A stretch of 64,000 bases of DNA from Anaeromyxobacter sp. (GCA_049840735.1 JASGJN010000017.1:544001-608000), one strand, 5' to 3'. Counted from the stretch's first letter, positions 27,975 through 37,475 are shown. Numbers and translations: made by a program. Notes: generated by a model from the sequence alone, not told the origin.

Positions 27975-30074
27975 CTACTTCACCCGCGTGCCCGCCGCGA
28001 TGGAATCGCCCACCGTGACGACCTGGAGGTTGGGCACCTCGCCGGCCGCCAGCAGCATGCCGTGCGAGGTGATGCCGCGCAGCGGGCGCGGCGCCAGGTT
28101 GGCCACCACCACGATGCGCTTGCCCACCAGCGCTTGCGGCTCGGGGTAGGCCTGGGCGATGCCGGCCACGATGGTGCGCGGCTCGGGCTCGCCCACGTCC
28201 ACCGCCAGCTTGAGCAGCTTGTCGGCCTTCTCCACCTTCTCCGCCGCCTTCACCACGCCCACGCGCAGCTCCACCTTGGCGAAGTCGTCGTAGGTGATGA
28301 CGCCGGGCGGGGGCGGCGGCGCGGCCTTGGCGCTGGCCTTGCTGGCCGTCTCGGCCGGGCTGGCCGCCTTGGCGACCTTGGCCGCCGGCGCGGGCGCAGG
28401 CGCCTCGGCCGGCGCCGCCACGATCAGCTTCTCCACCTGCTTGGCGTCGAGCCGGGCGATCTGCGGCGGCTTGGCGGCCGCGGTCACCGGCGCGCCGGCG
28501 AACGGGTCGAAGTCCTTCTCCCAGACCGCCGGCCGCGCCTGGCCGAACGCGGCCACCAGCGCGTCGCAGAAGCGCGGCAGCACCGGCCAGAGCAGCGTGG
28601 CGAGGCCCCGCAGCGACTTGGCGACCGTGAAGAGCAGCGCGCGGCTCTGCGGGCCCTGCGGGTCCTCCCAGGGCTTGGCCTCCTGCAGCCGCTTGTTGCA
28701 GCGGTCGGCCACCTGGTTGGCCAGCCGCACCACCTCGCGCAGCTCCAGCGCCTGGTAGGCGGCGCGCCCCAGGTGCAGCGCCGAGCGGGTGGCCTCGACG
28801 ATGGGCTCCTCGGGCGCCTCGGCCAGCGGCGCCCCGGCGCGGGCCACCAGCGCCGCCACGCGCGAGGCCAGGTTGGCGATGTTGTTGGCCAGGTCGGCGT
28901 TGATGCGGTTGCGGAACTCGTCGATGGAGAGGTCCAGGTCGGCCACGCCCGGCCCCAGGTTGGCGCAGTAGAAGTAGCGCAGCAGCTCGGGATCCAGGCC
29001 GGCGTCCAGGTAGGTCCTGCCGGTGATGAAGGTCCCGCGCGACTTCGACATCTTCTCGCCGTTGACGGTCAGGTGGCCGTGCACCGCCATCCGGTCCGGG
29101 CGCTTGAAGCCGGCGGCCCAGAGCATGGCCGGCCAGAAGACGGCGTGGAAGCGCAGGATGTCCTTGCCGATGAAGTGCTCGAGCCGCGCCGCCTGAGGGT
29201 TCTGGGCGGAGAGGTACTGCTGCTCGTAGGCGGCCGGCGCGAGCCGTGGCTCGGCCTGGTGCGCGAAGTAGTGCTCGGCGCTGGAGAGGTAGCCGATGGG
29301 CGCGTCCATCCAGACGTAGAGGAACTTGCCCGGGAACTCGGGGTCGTTGACCGGGAAGCCGAAGTAGGGCGCGTCGCGGGTGATGCACCAGTCCTGCAGG
29401 TCGGCCAGCCAGCCCTTCACCTGCTCGCGCACGGCCGGCTCGAGGTGCCCCTCGGCGGCGACCCAGCCGTCGATGATGGCCTTCACCTCCGGCTCGCGCA
29501 GGTTGACGTAGGCGTGGTCGCTGGTCCGGACCACCGGCGCCGAGCGGCAGATGGCGCAGTACGGGCCCTTGAGGTCGCGCGGGTCGTAGGTGGTGCCGCA
29601 CTTCTCGCAGACGTCACCGTACTGGTCGGGCGTGCCGCACTTCGGGCAGGTGCCCTTCACGAACCGGTCGGGCAGGAAGCGCTTGTCGGTCTCGCAGTAG
29701 AGCTGCTCGACCGACTTCTTGTAGATGAGCCCCTTCTGCTTGAGCGCATCGTAGATGCGGTACGCCCAGCGCCGGTTCTCCTCCGAGTCGGTGGTGTAGT
29801 AGGTCGAGAACTCCACCCCGAAGCGCTTGAAGTCCTCGTGCTGCTCGGACCGGTAGGCCTCCACGAAGGCCTTGGGGGTGACGCCGGCCTTGGCGGCGTT
29901 CACCTCGATGGGCGTGCCGTGCGAGTCGGCCGCGCAGACGTACGCCACCTGGTCGCCGGTGGAGCGGCGGAACCTGACGTAGACGTCGGTCTGGATGTAC
30001 TCGACCAGGTGGCCGAGGTGGATCGAGCCGTTGGCGTACGGCAGTGCGCTGGTGACCAGGATCCGCTGACTCAC
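27975..30074 (-). CDS. metG: Methionine--tRNA ligase
   Basis: SALPYANG.IHLGH, Zn knuckle, KMSKS, C-terminal tRNA-binding domain. Confidence 0.97.
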   Translation of the reverse strand: MSQRILVTSALPYANGSIHLGHLVEYIQTDVYVRFRRSTGDQVAYVCAADSHGTPIEVNAAKAGVTPKAFVEAYRSEQHEDFKRFGVEFSTYYTTDSEENRRWAYRIYDALKQKGLIYKKSVEQLYCETDKRFLPDRFVKGTCPKCGTPDQYGDVCEKCGTTYDPRDLKGPYCAICRSAPVVRTSDHAYVNLREPEVKAIIDGWVAAEGHLEPAVREQVKGWLADLQDWCITRDAPYFGFPVNDPEFPGKFLYVWMDAPIGYLSSAEHYFAHQAEPRLAPAAYEQQYLSAQNPQAARLEHFIGKDILRFHAVFWPAMLWAAGFKRPDRMAVHGHLTVNGEKMSKSRGTFITGRTYLDAGLDPELLRYFYCANLGPGVADLDLSIDEFRNRINADLANNIANLASRVAALVARAGAPLAEAPEEPIVEATRSALHLGRAAYQALELREVVRLANQVADRCNKRLQEAKPWEDPQGPQSRALLFTVAKSLRGLATLLWPVLPRFCDALVAAFGQARPAVWEKDFDPFAGAPVTAAAKPPQIARLDAKQVEKLIVAAPAEAPAPAPAAKVAKAASPAETASKASAKAAPPPPPGVITYDDFAKVELRVGVVKAAEKVEKADKLLKLAVDVGEPEPRTIVAGIAQAYPEPQALVGKRIVVVANLAPRPLRGITSHGMLLAAGEVPNLQVVTVGDSIAAGTRVK

Positions 30075-31474
30075 GACCTGCTCCTTTCACGACGGTCTTC
30101 GGCGAGGAGGCCCAGCAGCACCCGCTCCAGGCGGAGCCGCCCGTCCTGCCCGCTCTTCATGGCGACGTCGGCCTGGGCCAGGCCGGCGAGGGCGTCCAGC
30201 AGCTCTCCCCTCGAGAACCGCAGCGACGCCTGGTACTTCATCCAGAAGCCGTACGGCTTCTTCGACCCCAGCTCCTCCTCCGGGATGGAGGGGAGCACCT
30301 GGGCCTGCCAGTCGTTGAAGCTGCCGATGCGCCGGTCCCCGGCGGCGCGGCGCGCGCGCTCCCGCTCGGCGATGAGCCGGCGCACCGTGCCGGCCAGCGA
30401 CCCCAGCAGCATGAAGGGGCTGCCGCCGTCGGCGATGGACCGGTCCAGCACCGCCAGCGCGCCCGGCAGGTCGCGCGCCTCGACGGCGTTGCCCAGCGCG
30501 AAGAACGGGTCGGAGGCGACGCGCGTGACCACCGCGTCCACGTCGGCCGCGCCGATCACCTTCCGGTCGCCCACGTAGGCAGCCAGCTTCTGCACCTCGG
30601 AGGCGAGCACGCGGGCGTCCTCGCCCACCAGCGCCGCCAGCCGGGCCTCGCCGCCGGCGTCCACCCGCTTGCCGGTGCCGGCCAGCAGCGCCGAGAGCAC
30701 CGGCGCCAGCACCAGGCGCTGCGCGTCCCACTGCCCTTCCTTCTCCAGCGCGGTGGTGACCCGCCGCCCGGCCGCGGCCAGCTTCTTCACCACCGGCAGC
30801 CGGCCGTCCACCTTGCCGGCGGCGATCACCAGCACGTGGCCGCGCGGGAAGCCGCGCGCCAGCGCCAGGTCGAGCGCGGCCGAGTCGTCGCCCTTGGCGA
30901 CCTTCAGCTCGCGCTCGATGGCGAAGCGGGCGGCCTGGCCGACGAAGGCCGCGCCTTCACCCAGCGTCACCCCGAGCTCCTTCGCGAAGGCGTCCAGGTC
31001 CGGCGCCGGGTCGGCCTTGGGGTCCAGGTCGGCGGCCGACCAGCCGGCCTTGGCGGCCAGCGCCAGCAGGCGTCGCGCCGCCTCCCGCTGCCGCCCCTCC
31101 GCCCACATGGCCCGGGCGCGGTCGAAGGCGTCCTGCGCGTCCTCCTTGGACGCCAGGAAGGCCGGCTCCTGGACCAGCACCACCTTGCCGCCGCCGAACA
31201 GGCCGCCGGTGGCCACCTCCGCGGCCACCTCGGCCGGCGTGGCCGCCGCGTCCAGCTCCACCAGGTTGAGCGCGCGCGCCGCCTCGGGGACCATGGCGTG
31301 GGCCAGCGCCCGCGCCGCGCGCAGCGCCAGGAAGGCGTCGCCGTCGAAGAGGTAGACCGGCTGCGGCGAGCCCGCCTGCACGTCGGCCAGGCAGGTGTCG
31401 AGCGTGGCGCCCGCGGCGCCCGCCCGCGCTCCGGCGCCCGCGGCGCCCCTGCCCCCGCTACGCGGCCCGGCCAT
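30071..31474 (-). CDS. holA: DNA polymerase III delta subunit
   Basis: PVYLFDGD, LFGG.KVVLV, EVQKLAAY, D.AMKSG; adjacent to holB. Confidence 0.8.
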   Translation of the reverse strand: MAGPRSGGRGAAGAGARAGAAGATLDTCLADVQAGSPQPVYLFDGDAFLALRAARALAHAMVPEAARALNLVELDAAATPAEVAAEVATGGLFGGGKVVLVQEPAFLASKEDAQDAFDRARAMWAEGRQREAARRLLALAAKAGWSAADLDPKADPAPDLDAFAKELGVTLGEGAAFVGQAARFAIERELKVAKGDDSAALDLALARGFPRGHVLVIAAGKVDGRLPVVKKLAAAGRRVTTALEKEGQWDAQRLVLAPVLSALLAGTGKRVDAGGEARLAALVGEDARVLASEVQKLAAYVGDRKVIGAADVDAVVTRVASDPFFALGNAVEARDLPGALAVLDRSIADGGSPFMLLGSLAGTVRRLIAERERARRAAGDRRIGSFNDWQAQVLPSIPEEELGSKKPYGFWMKYQASLRFSRGELLDALAGLAQADVAMKSGQDGRLRLERVLLGLLAEDRRERSRS

Positions 31475-32510
31475 GGAACCACCCGATGAAGAGCCCCTCC
31501 AGCGCCAGCACCGGCGAGGCGTTCTGGCGGAGCCCGGCCGCCGTCTCCTCCACCAGCCCGCGGCGCCGGACCACCTCGGCCGCCGTGAGCGCCGCGGCGG
31601 CCCGGCGGGACTCCGGCGCCAGGTCGGCCAGCGCCAGCGCCGCGCCGCCGGCCTGCAGGGCCAGCACGTCGCGCAGCCAGAGCGCCAGCAGCGCGCACAG
31701 CTCGCCGGCCTGCTCGCGGTCCTCGCCGTGATCCCGGGCGAAGGCCAGCCAGCCGCCGGCGTCGTCCGGATCGAGCGCCACCGCCGCCCGGACCGCGTCG
31801 CGCAGCCCGTCCAGCGCCGCCGGATCGAGCGCCAGCGCCCGCCCCAGCGAGCCGGCGGCGAGCGCCGCGGCCAGCCGCGCCTCCTCTTCGCTCCGGCCCT
31901 TGGCCACCAGCTGCTGCACCACCAGCGCGTCCGGCACCGGGCCGAACGGCACCCGCAGGCAGCGCGAGCGGATGGTGGGGAGCAGCACGTCGGGGCTCGC
32001 GGCCACCAGCACCAGCGTGGTCTCCTCCGGCGGCTCCTCCAGCGTCTTGAGCAGCGCGTTCTGGGCCTGCGGGTTCATGGCGTCGGCCGGGTCGATGATC
32101 ACGAACCGGCGCCGCCCCTCGAACCGCTTCATGGCCAGGCGGTGGTCGACCAGGTCGCGCACCTGGTCCACCACCACGTCCTTCGACGGCGAGCGGCCGC
32201 CCTTCGGCTCCCAGGTGCCGGCCTTGGCCATCACCCGCTCCTCGTGGAGCACCATCACGTCCGGGTGGACGCCGCGGGCGATCTTCCGGCAGGGGCCGCA
32301 GGCGCCGCAGGGGTCGTCGCGGTAGCCCGGCGCCGAGGTCGCCTCCCCGCCCTCGCAGTTGGCGGCCTGCGCCAGCAGCTGGGCCGCCCGGCCCTTGCCC
32401 GTCCCCTCCGGGCCGCCGAACAGGTAGGCGTGGTGGAGCGCGCCACGGCGGAGCGCGGCACGGAGCGCGCCGAGCGCGCGATCCTGTGCGGTGACCTCGG
32501 AGAAAGGCAT
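31458..32510 (-). CDS. holB: DNA polymerase III delta-prime subunit
   Basis: HHAYLFGGPEGTGK, CG.C..C..HPDV, NALLKTLEEPP, LPTIRSRC. Confidence 0.93.
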   Translation of the reverse strand: MPFSEVTAQDRALGALRAALRRGALHHAYLFGGPEGTGKGRAAQLLAQAANCEGGEATSAPGYRDDPCGACGPCRKIARGVHPDVMVLHEERVMAKAGTWEPKGGRSPSKDVVVDQVRDLVDHRLAMKRFEGRRRFVIIDPADAMNPQAQNALLKTLEEPPEETTLVLVAASPDVLLPTIRSRCLRVPFGPVPDALVVQQLVAKGRSEEEARLAAALAAGSLGRALALDPAALDGLRDAVRAAVALDPDDAGGWLAFARDHGEDREQAGELCALLALWLRDVLALQAGGAALALADLAPESRRAAAALTAAEVVRRRGLVEETAAGLRQNASPVLALEGLFIGWFHGRAA

Positions 32511-32636
32511 GGCGGGCGCAGGGTTATAGCACGCGGCTCCGACCCCGGCCCCGCTCACCGGACGCTGTGGGGCGATGTGGGATGGCGAAATGGACTCCGC
32601 CTCGCGTCCCGGTAAGATGGGACACCTGGAGCGGCC

Positions 32637-33149
32637 ATGAACATCACCCCCCTCGACATCACCCAGAAGCATTTCCCGAAGACCTTCCGCGGCTTGGATC
32701 CGGAGGAGGTCGAGGCCTTCCTGTCGCTGGTGGCGGTGGAGTTCGAGGCCCTGGTCAAGGACAACCAGGCCCTGCGCGACGACAACCAGCGCAAGGCCGA
32801 GGAGATCGTCGAGTACCGGGGGCGCGAGCGCGCGCTGCAGGAGACGCTGGTGGCCGCCCAGAAGGCGTCGGAGGAGATCCGCGACTCCGCCCGCAAGGAG
32901 GCGGAGATCACCATCTCCGACGCCGAGCTGCAGGCGGAGAAGATCGTCCAGGGCGCCCACTCCCGCTTCCTGCGGATCGTGGACGACATCAACGAGCTGA
33001 AGCGCCAGCGCGTGCAGTTCGAGGCCAGCGTCCGCACCCTGGTGGAGAGCCACCTCAAGCTGATCGAGGCGTTCCGCGAGCCCGCGCGCGAGGAGGCCGT
33101 GCAGTACGTGCCCGGCGCGCGCAAGAAGCTGGGCGGCGCGGAGGAGTAG
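32637..33149 (+). CDS. DivIVA-domain protein
   Basis: ITPLDI..K.F.KTFRG.DPEEVEAFL plus coiled coil. Confidence 0.92.
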   Translation: MNITPLDITQKHFPKTFRGLDPEEVEAFLSLVAVEFEALVKDNQALRDDNQRKAEEIVEYRGRERALQETLVAAQKASEEIRDSARKEAEITISDAELQAEKIVQGAHSRFLRIVDDINELKRQRVQFEASVRTLVESHLKLIEAFREPAREEAVQYVPGARKKLGGAEE

Positions 33150-33205
33150 CGGCGCCGCGGTTCACTCGAGGGGACGCCCGCCTCGGCGAGCGCCCCCTGA
33201 TCCCG

Positions 33206-33252
33206 GTCATCCTGAGCGTAGCGCCCGCGGAGCGGGCGCGGAGTCGAAGGAC
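33206..33252. repeat. REP-like palindrome, same family as 24404-24662
   Basis: GTCATCCTGAGCGTAG-CGCCCGCGGAGCGGGCG-CGGAGTCGAAGGAC. Confidence 0.7.
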
Positions 33253-33289
33253 GACCGGGGGCCCGCACCTCAAGGCCAGGTGGTCGCGC

Positions 33290-34213
33290 TCAGAACGTGT
33301 TGGGCGGCGAGAGGGCCACCCGATCGCCGTCCGAGCCGTTCCAGGACAGCGAGGCCTCGTCGTCCAGGCTCGGGTCGAACCGGCAGGGCGCGTCCGGCGG
33401 CTCCACCACCACCTGGCCGTTCGCGACCGCCGGGTGGAAGTAGGCGATGGCGGCCACCTGGCCGTCGGCGTCGATGTCGGACTCGGCGCAGATCGAGAAC
33501 GCCTCGTGCTCCCCGTCCTCGGACGTCTGCGTGGCCACCGTGTAGACCCCGTAGGTCGGGCCGAAGACGCGCCAGTCCACCTGCTCCGCCGCCGCCTGGT
33601 CCTCCTCGGAGAGCGCGACGCGCTCGCTGCCCGGCTCGGCCTCCGCCGGGACGGCCAGCTCGACCGTGCCCTGGCCCGCCTCGAGCCGCGCCAGCTCCGC
33701 CTGGTACAGGCCCTGCGCCTCCGTCGTGACCTGCGAGTACTTCGAGCGCAGCTGGTAGCGGATGAAGTTCGGGATGGCGATGGCCGCCAGGATGCCCAGG
33801 ATGACGACGAAGAAGAAGGGCGCGATGCAGAGCACCACCACCATGCCGGTGTTGGCCGCCCCCGGGTACTTCCGCTGGAACTCCTCCTCGCTCATCACCA
33901 GCAGCAGGATGAACTCGATGAAGGCGACGATCCCCGGGATCATCGTCCAGAAGAAGAGCATGTAGACGATGCCCCAGCCCCAGCGCCCCAGGTAGAACTT
34001 GTGGGCGCCGAAGCCGCCCAGGAAGAAGGCCAGCAGCGCCGCGACCACCTTGCTCCGCCCGCCCTGCGGCTGCGCCGCGTAGGGCGCCCCGCCAGCGAAG
34101 GAGAGCTGCTGCGCGCCGCAGCGGTCGCAGAAGCCGGCCTGGGCCGGCAGCACGTTCTGGCACTTCATGCACAGCTTCTGGTTCACACCCAGCTGCGTGA
34201 CCGGCTCGTTCAT
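33290..34213 (-). CDS. Zinc-ribbon + TM2/NINE + pilin-like domain membrane protein
   Basis: CMKC..FCDRCG; SKVVAALLAFFLGGFGAHKFYLG; ILGILAAIAIPNFIRYQLRSK. Confidence 0.8.
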   Translation of the reverse strand: MNEPVTQLGVNQKLCMKCQNVLPAQAGFCDRCGAQQLSFAGGAPYAAQPQGGRSKVVAALLAFFLGGFGAHKFYLGRWGWGIVYMLFFWTMIPGIVAFIEFILLLVMSEEEFQRKYPGAANTGMVVVLCIAPFFFVVILGILAAIAIPNFIRYQLRSKYSQVTTEAQGLYQAELARLEAGQGTVELAVPAEAEPGSERVALSEEDQAAAEQVDWRVFGPTYGVYTVATQTSEDGEHEAFSICAESDIDADGQVAAIAYFHPAVANGQVVVEPPDAPCRFDPSLDDEASLSWNGSDGDRVALSPPNTF

Positions 34214-34499
34214 CGAAGGCTCCCGATCGCCCCGCGGCGATCCCCCGGGTTGAGGCCGGCAGGCTACTTGATCCAGGCGCTGACCCAGCGGCCATTTCGC
34301 TTCCCGGTGCGTGCATGTGCGAGGACCGCGGCGGACTGTCGCTGGTGACGGGCGCGAGCAGCGGGGACGCCCGGCCACGGGCCGCACTTGATTCGGGCGG
34401 ATATGGTCACGGCGGGTGGCAGGACCTTCGAGCCCGCGCCGGACCGCATCCCTCCCCCTGGACCTTGACCCGGAGCCTCGCGCCCGTGAGATTCCGGCC

Positions 34500-35411
34500 G
34501 TGCGCCACTCGCCTTGCGCCTCGATCTTCGCGCTCCTCATCGCGCTCCCCGCCGCGGGGGCCTCGCCGCCTCCAGCTGCACCGCCCGCAGCAGCGGCCCT
34601 GGCCGCGCTCGAGGCGCGAGCACATGGCCGGCTCGGCGTCGCTGCGCTGGACACCGGCTCCGGGCGCCGGATCGACCACCGCGGGACAGAGCCCTTTCCC
34701 ATGTGCAGCACCTTCAAGGTGCTCCTCTGCGCTCGAGTCCTCCAGCGCGTCGACCACGGCGAGGAGCGGCTCGACAGGCCCATCACCTTCACCGAGGCCG
34801 ACCTCCCGGAGTACGCGCCCGTGGTGCGCGCCCACCTCGACGCCGGTGGGCTGTCCGTCGGCGCCCTCTGCGCAGCCACCGTCGAGGTCAGCGACAACGC
34901 CGCCGCGAACCTCCTCTTGAAGTCCATCGGCGGACCCGCGGCCGTGACCGCCTTCGCGCGCTCGCTCGGCGACGAGCGGACCCGCCTCGACCGCGTCGAG
35001 CCTGACCTCAACTCCGCCCTGCCGGGCGACCCGCGCGACACCACCACGCCGGACGCCATGCTCGAGGACCTTCGCCTGCTGCTCCTGGGTGGTGGGCTCC
35101 CCTCCAGCTCAGCCCGCCAGCTCGAGGCCTGGATGGCCGGCGCCACCACCGGTGCCGGCCGCCTCCGGGCCGGCGTCCCAGCAAGCTGGACGGTCGCGCA
35201 CAAGACCGGGACCGGCGAGCGCGGGACGACGAACGACGTCGCGCTCCTTCGCGCTCCCGGGCGAGCGCCCATCCTGGTGGCCGCCTACCTCACGGGTTCC
35301 GATCTCCCCGCGGCCGAGCGCGAAGCGGTCCTCGCCGAGGCCGCGCGCATCGTCGTGGGGGCGTTCCCTCCAGCTCCGCCACACACCGAGGATCGAGCAC
35401 GGGGCCGATAG
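34500..35411 (+). CDS. bla: Class A serine beta-lactamase
   Basis: Signal peptide; FPMCSTFK (SxxK), SDN, RLDRVEPDLN (E166/N170-like), RDTTTP, HKTGTG. Confidence 0.93.
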   Translation: MRHSPCASIFALLIALPAAGASPPPAAPPAAAALAALEARAHGRLGVAALDTGSGRRIDHRGTEPFPMCSTFKVLLCARVLQRVDHGEERLDRPITFTEADLPEYAPVVRAHLDAGGLSVGALCAATVEVSDNAAANLLLKSIGGPAAVTAFARSLGDERTRLDRVEPDLNSALPGDPRDTTTPDAMLEDLRLLLLGGGLPSSSARQLEAWMAGATTGAGRLRAGVPASWTVAHKTGTGERGTTNDVALLRAPGRAPILVAAYLTGSDLPAAEREAVLAEAARIVVGAFPPAPPHTEDRARGR

Positions 35412-35628
35412 CGAGCCGTATCGGGAATTCCGTCTGACGCGCTGGTACCTGCGCTCACCCTTCCTGCGGCTTCACCACGAACCTACGCCGGTGGATCCGC
35501 TGGACGCTCCCGGAGTCCAGCCCGACGACCAGCTTCACCCGGGGGACTTCCACGACCAGATCGATGGCGATCTGTCCCGCTTCCTGCGCCGTCGGTGAAG
35601 CCTCCCTTAGCTGAAGCCTGGGCTGCCT

Positions 35629-35653
35629 CACTTGATTCGGGCGGATATGGTCA
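35629..35653. repeat. Internal perfect copy of the element end site
   Basis: CACTTGATTCGGGCGGATATGGTCA identical to 34385-34409. Confidence 0.9.
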
Positions 35654-35780
35654 GGGCGCTGAGGCGAGGGTCGCTCGCCTCCGCCAAGGAGGCTCTCGGT
35701 GTGGGCGCGGGTGACGCTCCCGTGCGCCCGCGCCGCCTCGCGCAGCCGATGTGGCGCCGCGTTCGTGGTCTCATCGCGTC

Positions 35781-36221
35781 ATGGCGACACCGGATTGGAA
35801 GAGGTTGATATCGTCGCTCGAAGCGGAGGCGGCGTTCCATCCGGCCGCGGCCGCCGAGCAGGTCCGGCAGACAGAAGCCGCGCTGGGCGTCGCCCTCACG
35901 GTCGAACTGCGGTCGCTCGTGCAGCAGAGCGATGGCGTGACCGGCGCATCCGGGGCTGGGCTCGTATGGCCGGTCCAGCCGATCCGTAAGCAGAACCGGC
36001 ACTTCCGGACCTTGGCCGACCTCCGCAAGATCTACATGCCGTTTGACCCGCTGCTTCGCGGACGCCGGCAACGGCGACCAGTTCGCATTCAGGATCTGCG
36101 GCGACCAGGTCGCAGGGAACGACGTCTTCGTGTGGGAGCACGAGACCGCCAGCAGGACCTGGTAGCGCCAAGCCTCGAGCGCTACCTCGAGTGGATCCTG
36201 AGCGGGAAGATCCAGACCTGA
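35781..36221 (+). CDS. SMI1/KNR4-family protein with two compensating frameshifts (or pseudogene)
   Basis: P.A..EQV...E.ALGV.L..EL...SDG; alternate frame about 36055-36163 reads FADAGNGDQFAF..VFVWEHE; ends VAPSLERYLE. Confidence 0.75.
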   Translation: MATPDWKRLISSLEAEAAFHPAAAAEQVRQTEAALGVALTVELRSLVQQSDGVTGASGAGLVWPVQPIRKQNRHFRTLADLRKIYMPFDPLLRGRRQRRPVRIQDLRRPGRRERRLRVGARDRQQDLVAPSLERYLEWILSGKIQT

Positions 36222-36512
36222 GCCCGGCGCGGCCCTTCCGGGCGCCGACCACCGCATGGCCAGCCGACGCTCGTCCCGTGCGCCTGAGAAGGCGGACTTT
36301 CCACGAAGCGTGTCGTCACTCCGCGTGATCTACTCCACAAGACTCGGGACTTGACCGCGGCGGCGAAGCCCGACTCACCCACCGCCGTCAGCCGGGCCCC
36401 GAGCAGCGCCTGACCCGATGCCGTGACCCCGCGCTTCGGCTACGACCGCCATCGCGAGCTCAGGGACTTCCGGCGCGACGACGCCCCAGGCCAGGTCAGC
36501 CTCAGCAAGGCA

Positions 36513-37151
36513 TCACCCCTTACCCTGAACGCGCTTGGCTCGGCCCATCAGCCACGTCCTCGGCTCCGCGGTCACCGCAACAGGCCAGAGTCCGAGCTGT
36601 CCCACCCGCGGCTCCCGGACCGCCGCGGAAGAGTATGGGTCCACGAACGCCGCGCTCACCTGCTCCCCTCGCCGGGAAGCATGGCTCGCGAAGTTCCCGC
36701 GCACGTACCTGAGCGCGTTCCGAGCCTCGGCCTGCGTCCGCAGCGGGTGCGCGTGGTAGCGCCCCTCGAACACCGGGCCGCGCAGCCCCATCATCCGGTT
36801 GAGCCGGTGGGTGAGCTTGATGGTCAAGGATCGCATCCCTCGAGCCAGGCCCGCGTTTCCCTCTGCCTCGACCAGCAGGTGCACATGGTTGCCCTGCACG
36901 GCGTACTCGACGACCTGCAGCTCCGCCTTCGCGCGCTGTTCCTCGAGCACCCTGTGCACGACACGGAAGCACCGCTCGCTGCGGAGATTCCAGACGTGCT
37001 CGCGGACGCGCAACGTTACGTGCACCGGTTCCGACCGGTAGACGACCTCGCGAAGACGGTGTGCGACCGGACGGCGGCCGGGCGCCGCCTTCCGGCCGGC
37101 GCCAGCCCGCGCGCCGCCCCAGGGTTTGAACGTGAAGGTCTGCTGCGACAT
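36513..37151 (-). CDS. Y1 HUH transposase (RAYT/TnpA-REP/IS200-like)
   Basis: PVHVTLR, YAVQGNHVHLLVE (HUH), VFEGRYH, ALRYV (putative catalytic Tyr), DPYSS. Confidence 0.88.
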   Translation of the reverse strand: MSQQTFTFKPWGGARAGAGRKAAPGRRPVAHRLREVVYRSEPVHVTLRVREHVWNLRSERCFRVVHRVLEEQRAKAELQVVEYAVQGNHVHLLVEAEGNAGLARGMRSLTIKLTHRLNRMMGLRGPVFEGRYHAHPLRTQAEARNALRYVRGNFASHASRRGEQVSAAFVDPYSSAAVREPRVGQLGLWPVAVTAEPRTWLMGRAKRVQGKG

Positions 37152-37445
37152 GGACGAACAGTACGATAGCGCTCTGACACCCAGCGTGCACAGGCGCGGC
37201 ATCGACTCACGCGTGGACGCTTCGCGCCGTGACCATATCCGCCCGAATCAAGTTCGGGCCACGGGCCCTCGCGCCATGCAGCCTACTCTCTCACCTCCGC
37301 CACGCCCCCACCCGCCGCCGGCGGCGCCCAGGGGTGTCCTGTTTATCTCCTCCACCTCATGGGGCGTACCCGTGCTCGACGCGGTCCAGCGAGACGTTGA
37401 GGTGCACTGCCCTGTCATGCGCTTCGCCTCCTTCCGCCGGCGTCA

Positions 37446-37475
37446 CGCGCCGTTGCCATTTCCGCCCAATTCAAG
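37446..37475 (+). repeat. Degenerate copy of the element end site
   Basis: CGCGCCGTTGCCATTTCCGCCCAATTCAAG vs CGCGCCGTGACCATATCCGCCCGAATCAAG (25/30). Confidence 0.75.

Larger units (their letters stand above)
34383..37256. mobile_element. RAYT/Y1-transposase element with terminal inverted repeats and cargo
   Basis: Perfect 29-bp IR at 34386-34414 / 37225-37253; direct repeat GGCCACGGGC at 34373-34382 and 37257-37266; encodes an HUH transposase. Confidence 0.75.

Noticed and set aside
34385..37253. Sites as integron attC or Xer dif/pdif sites
   Set aside because: No RYYYAAC/GTTRRRY cores, no convincing XerC/XerD consensus and no tyrosine recombinase in the window
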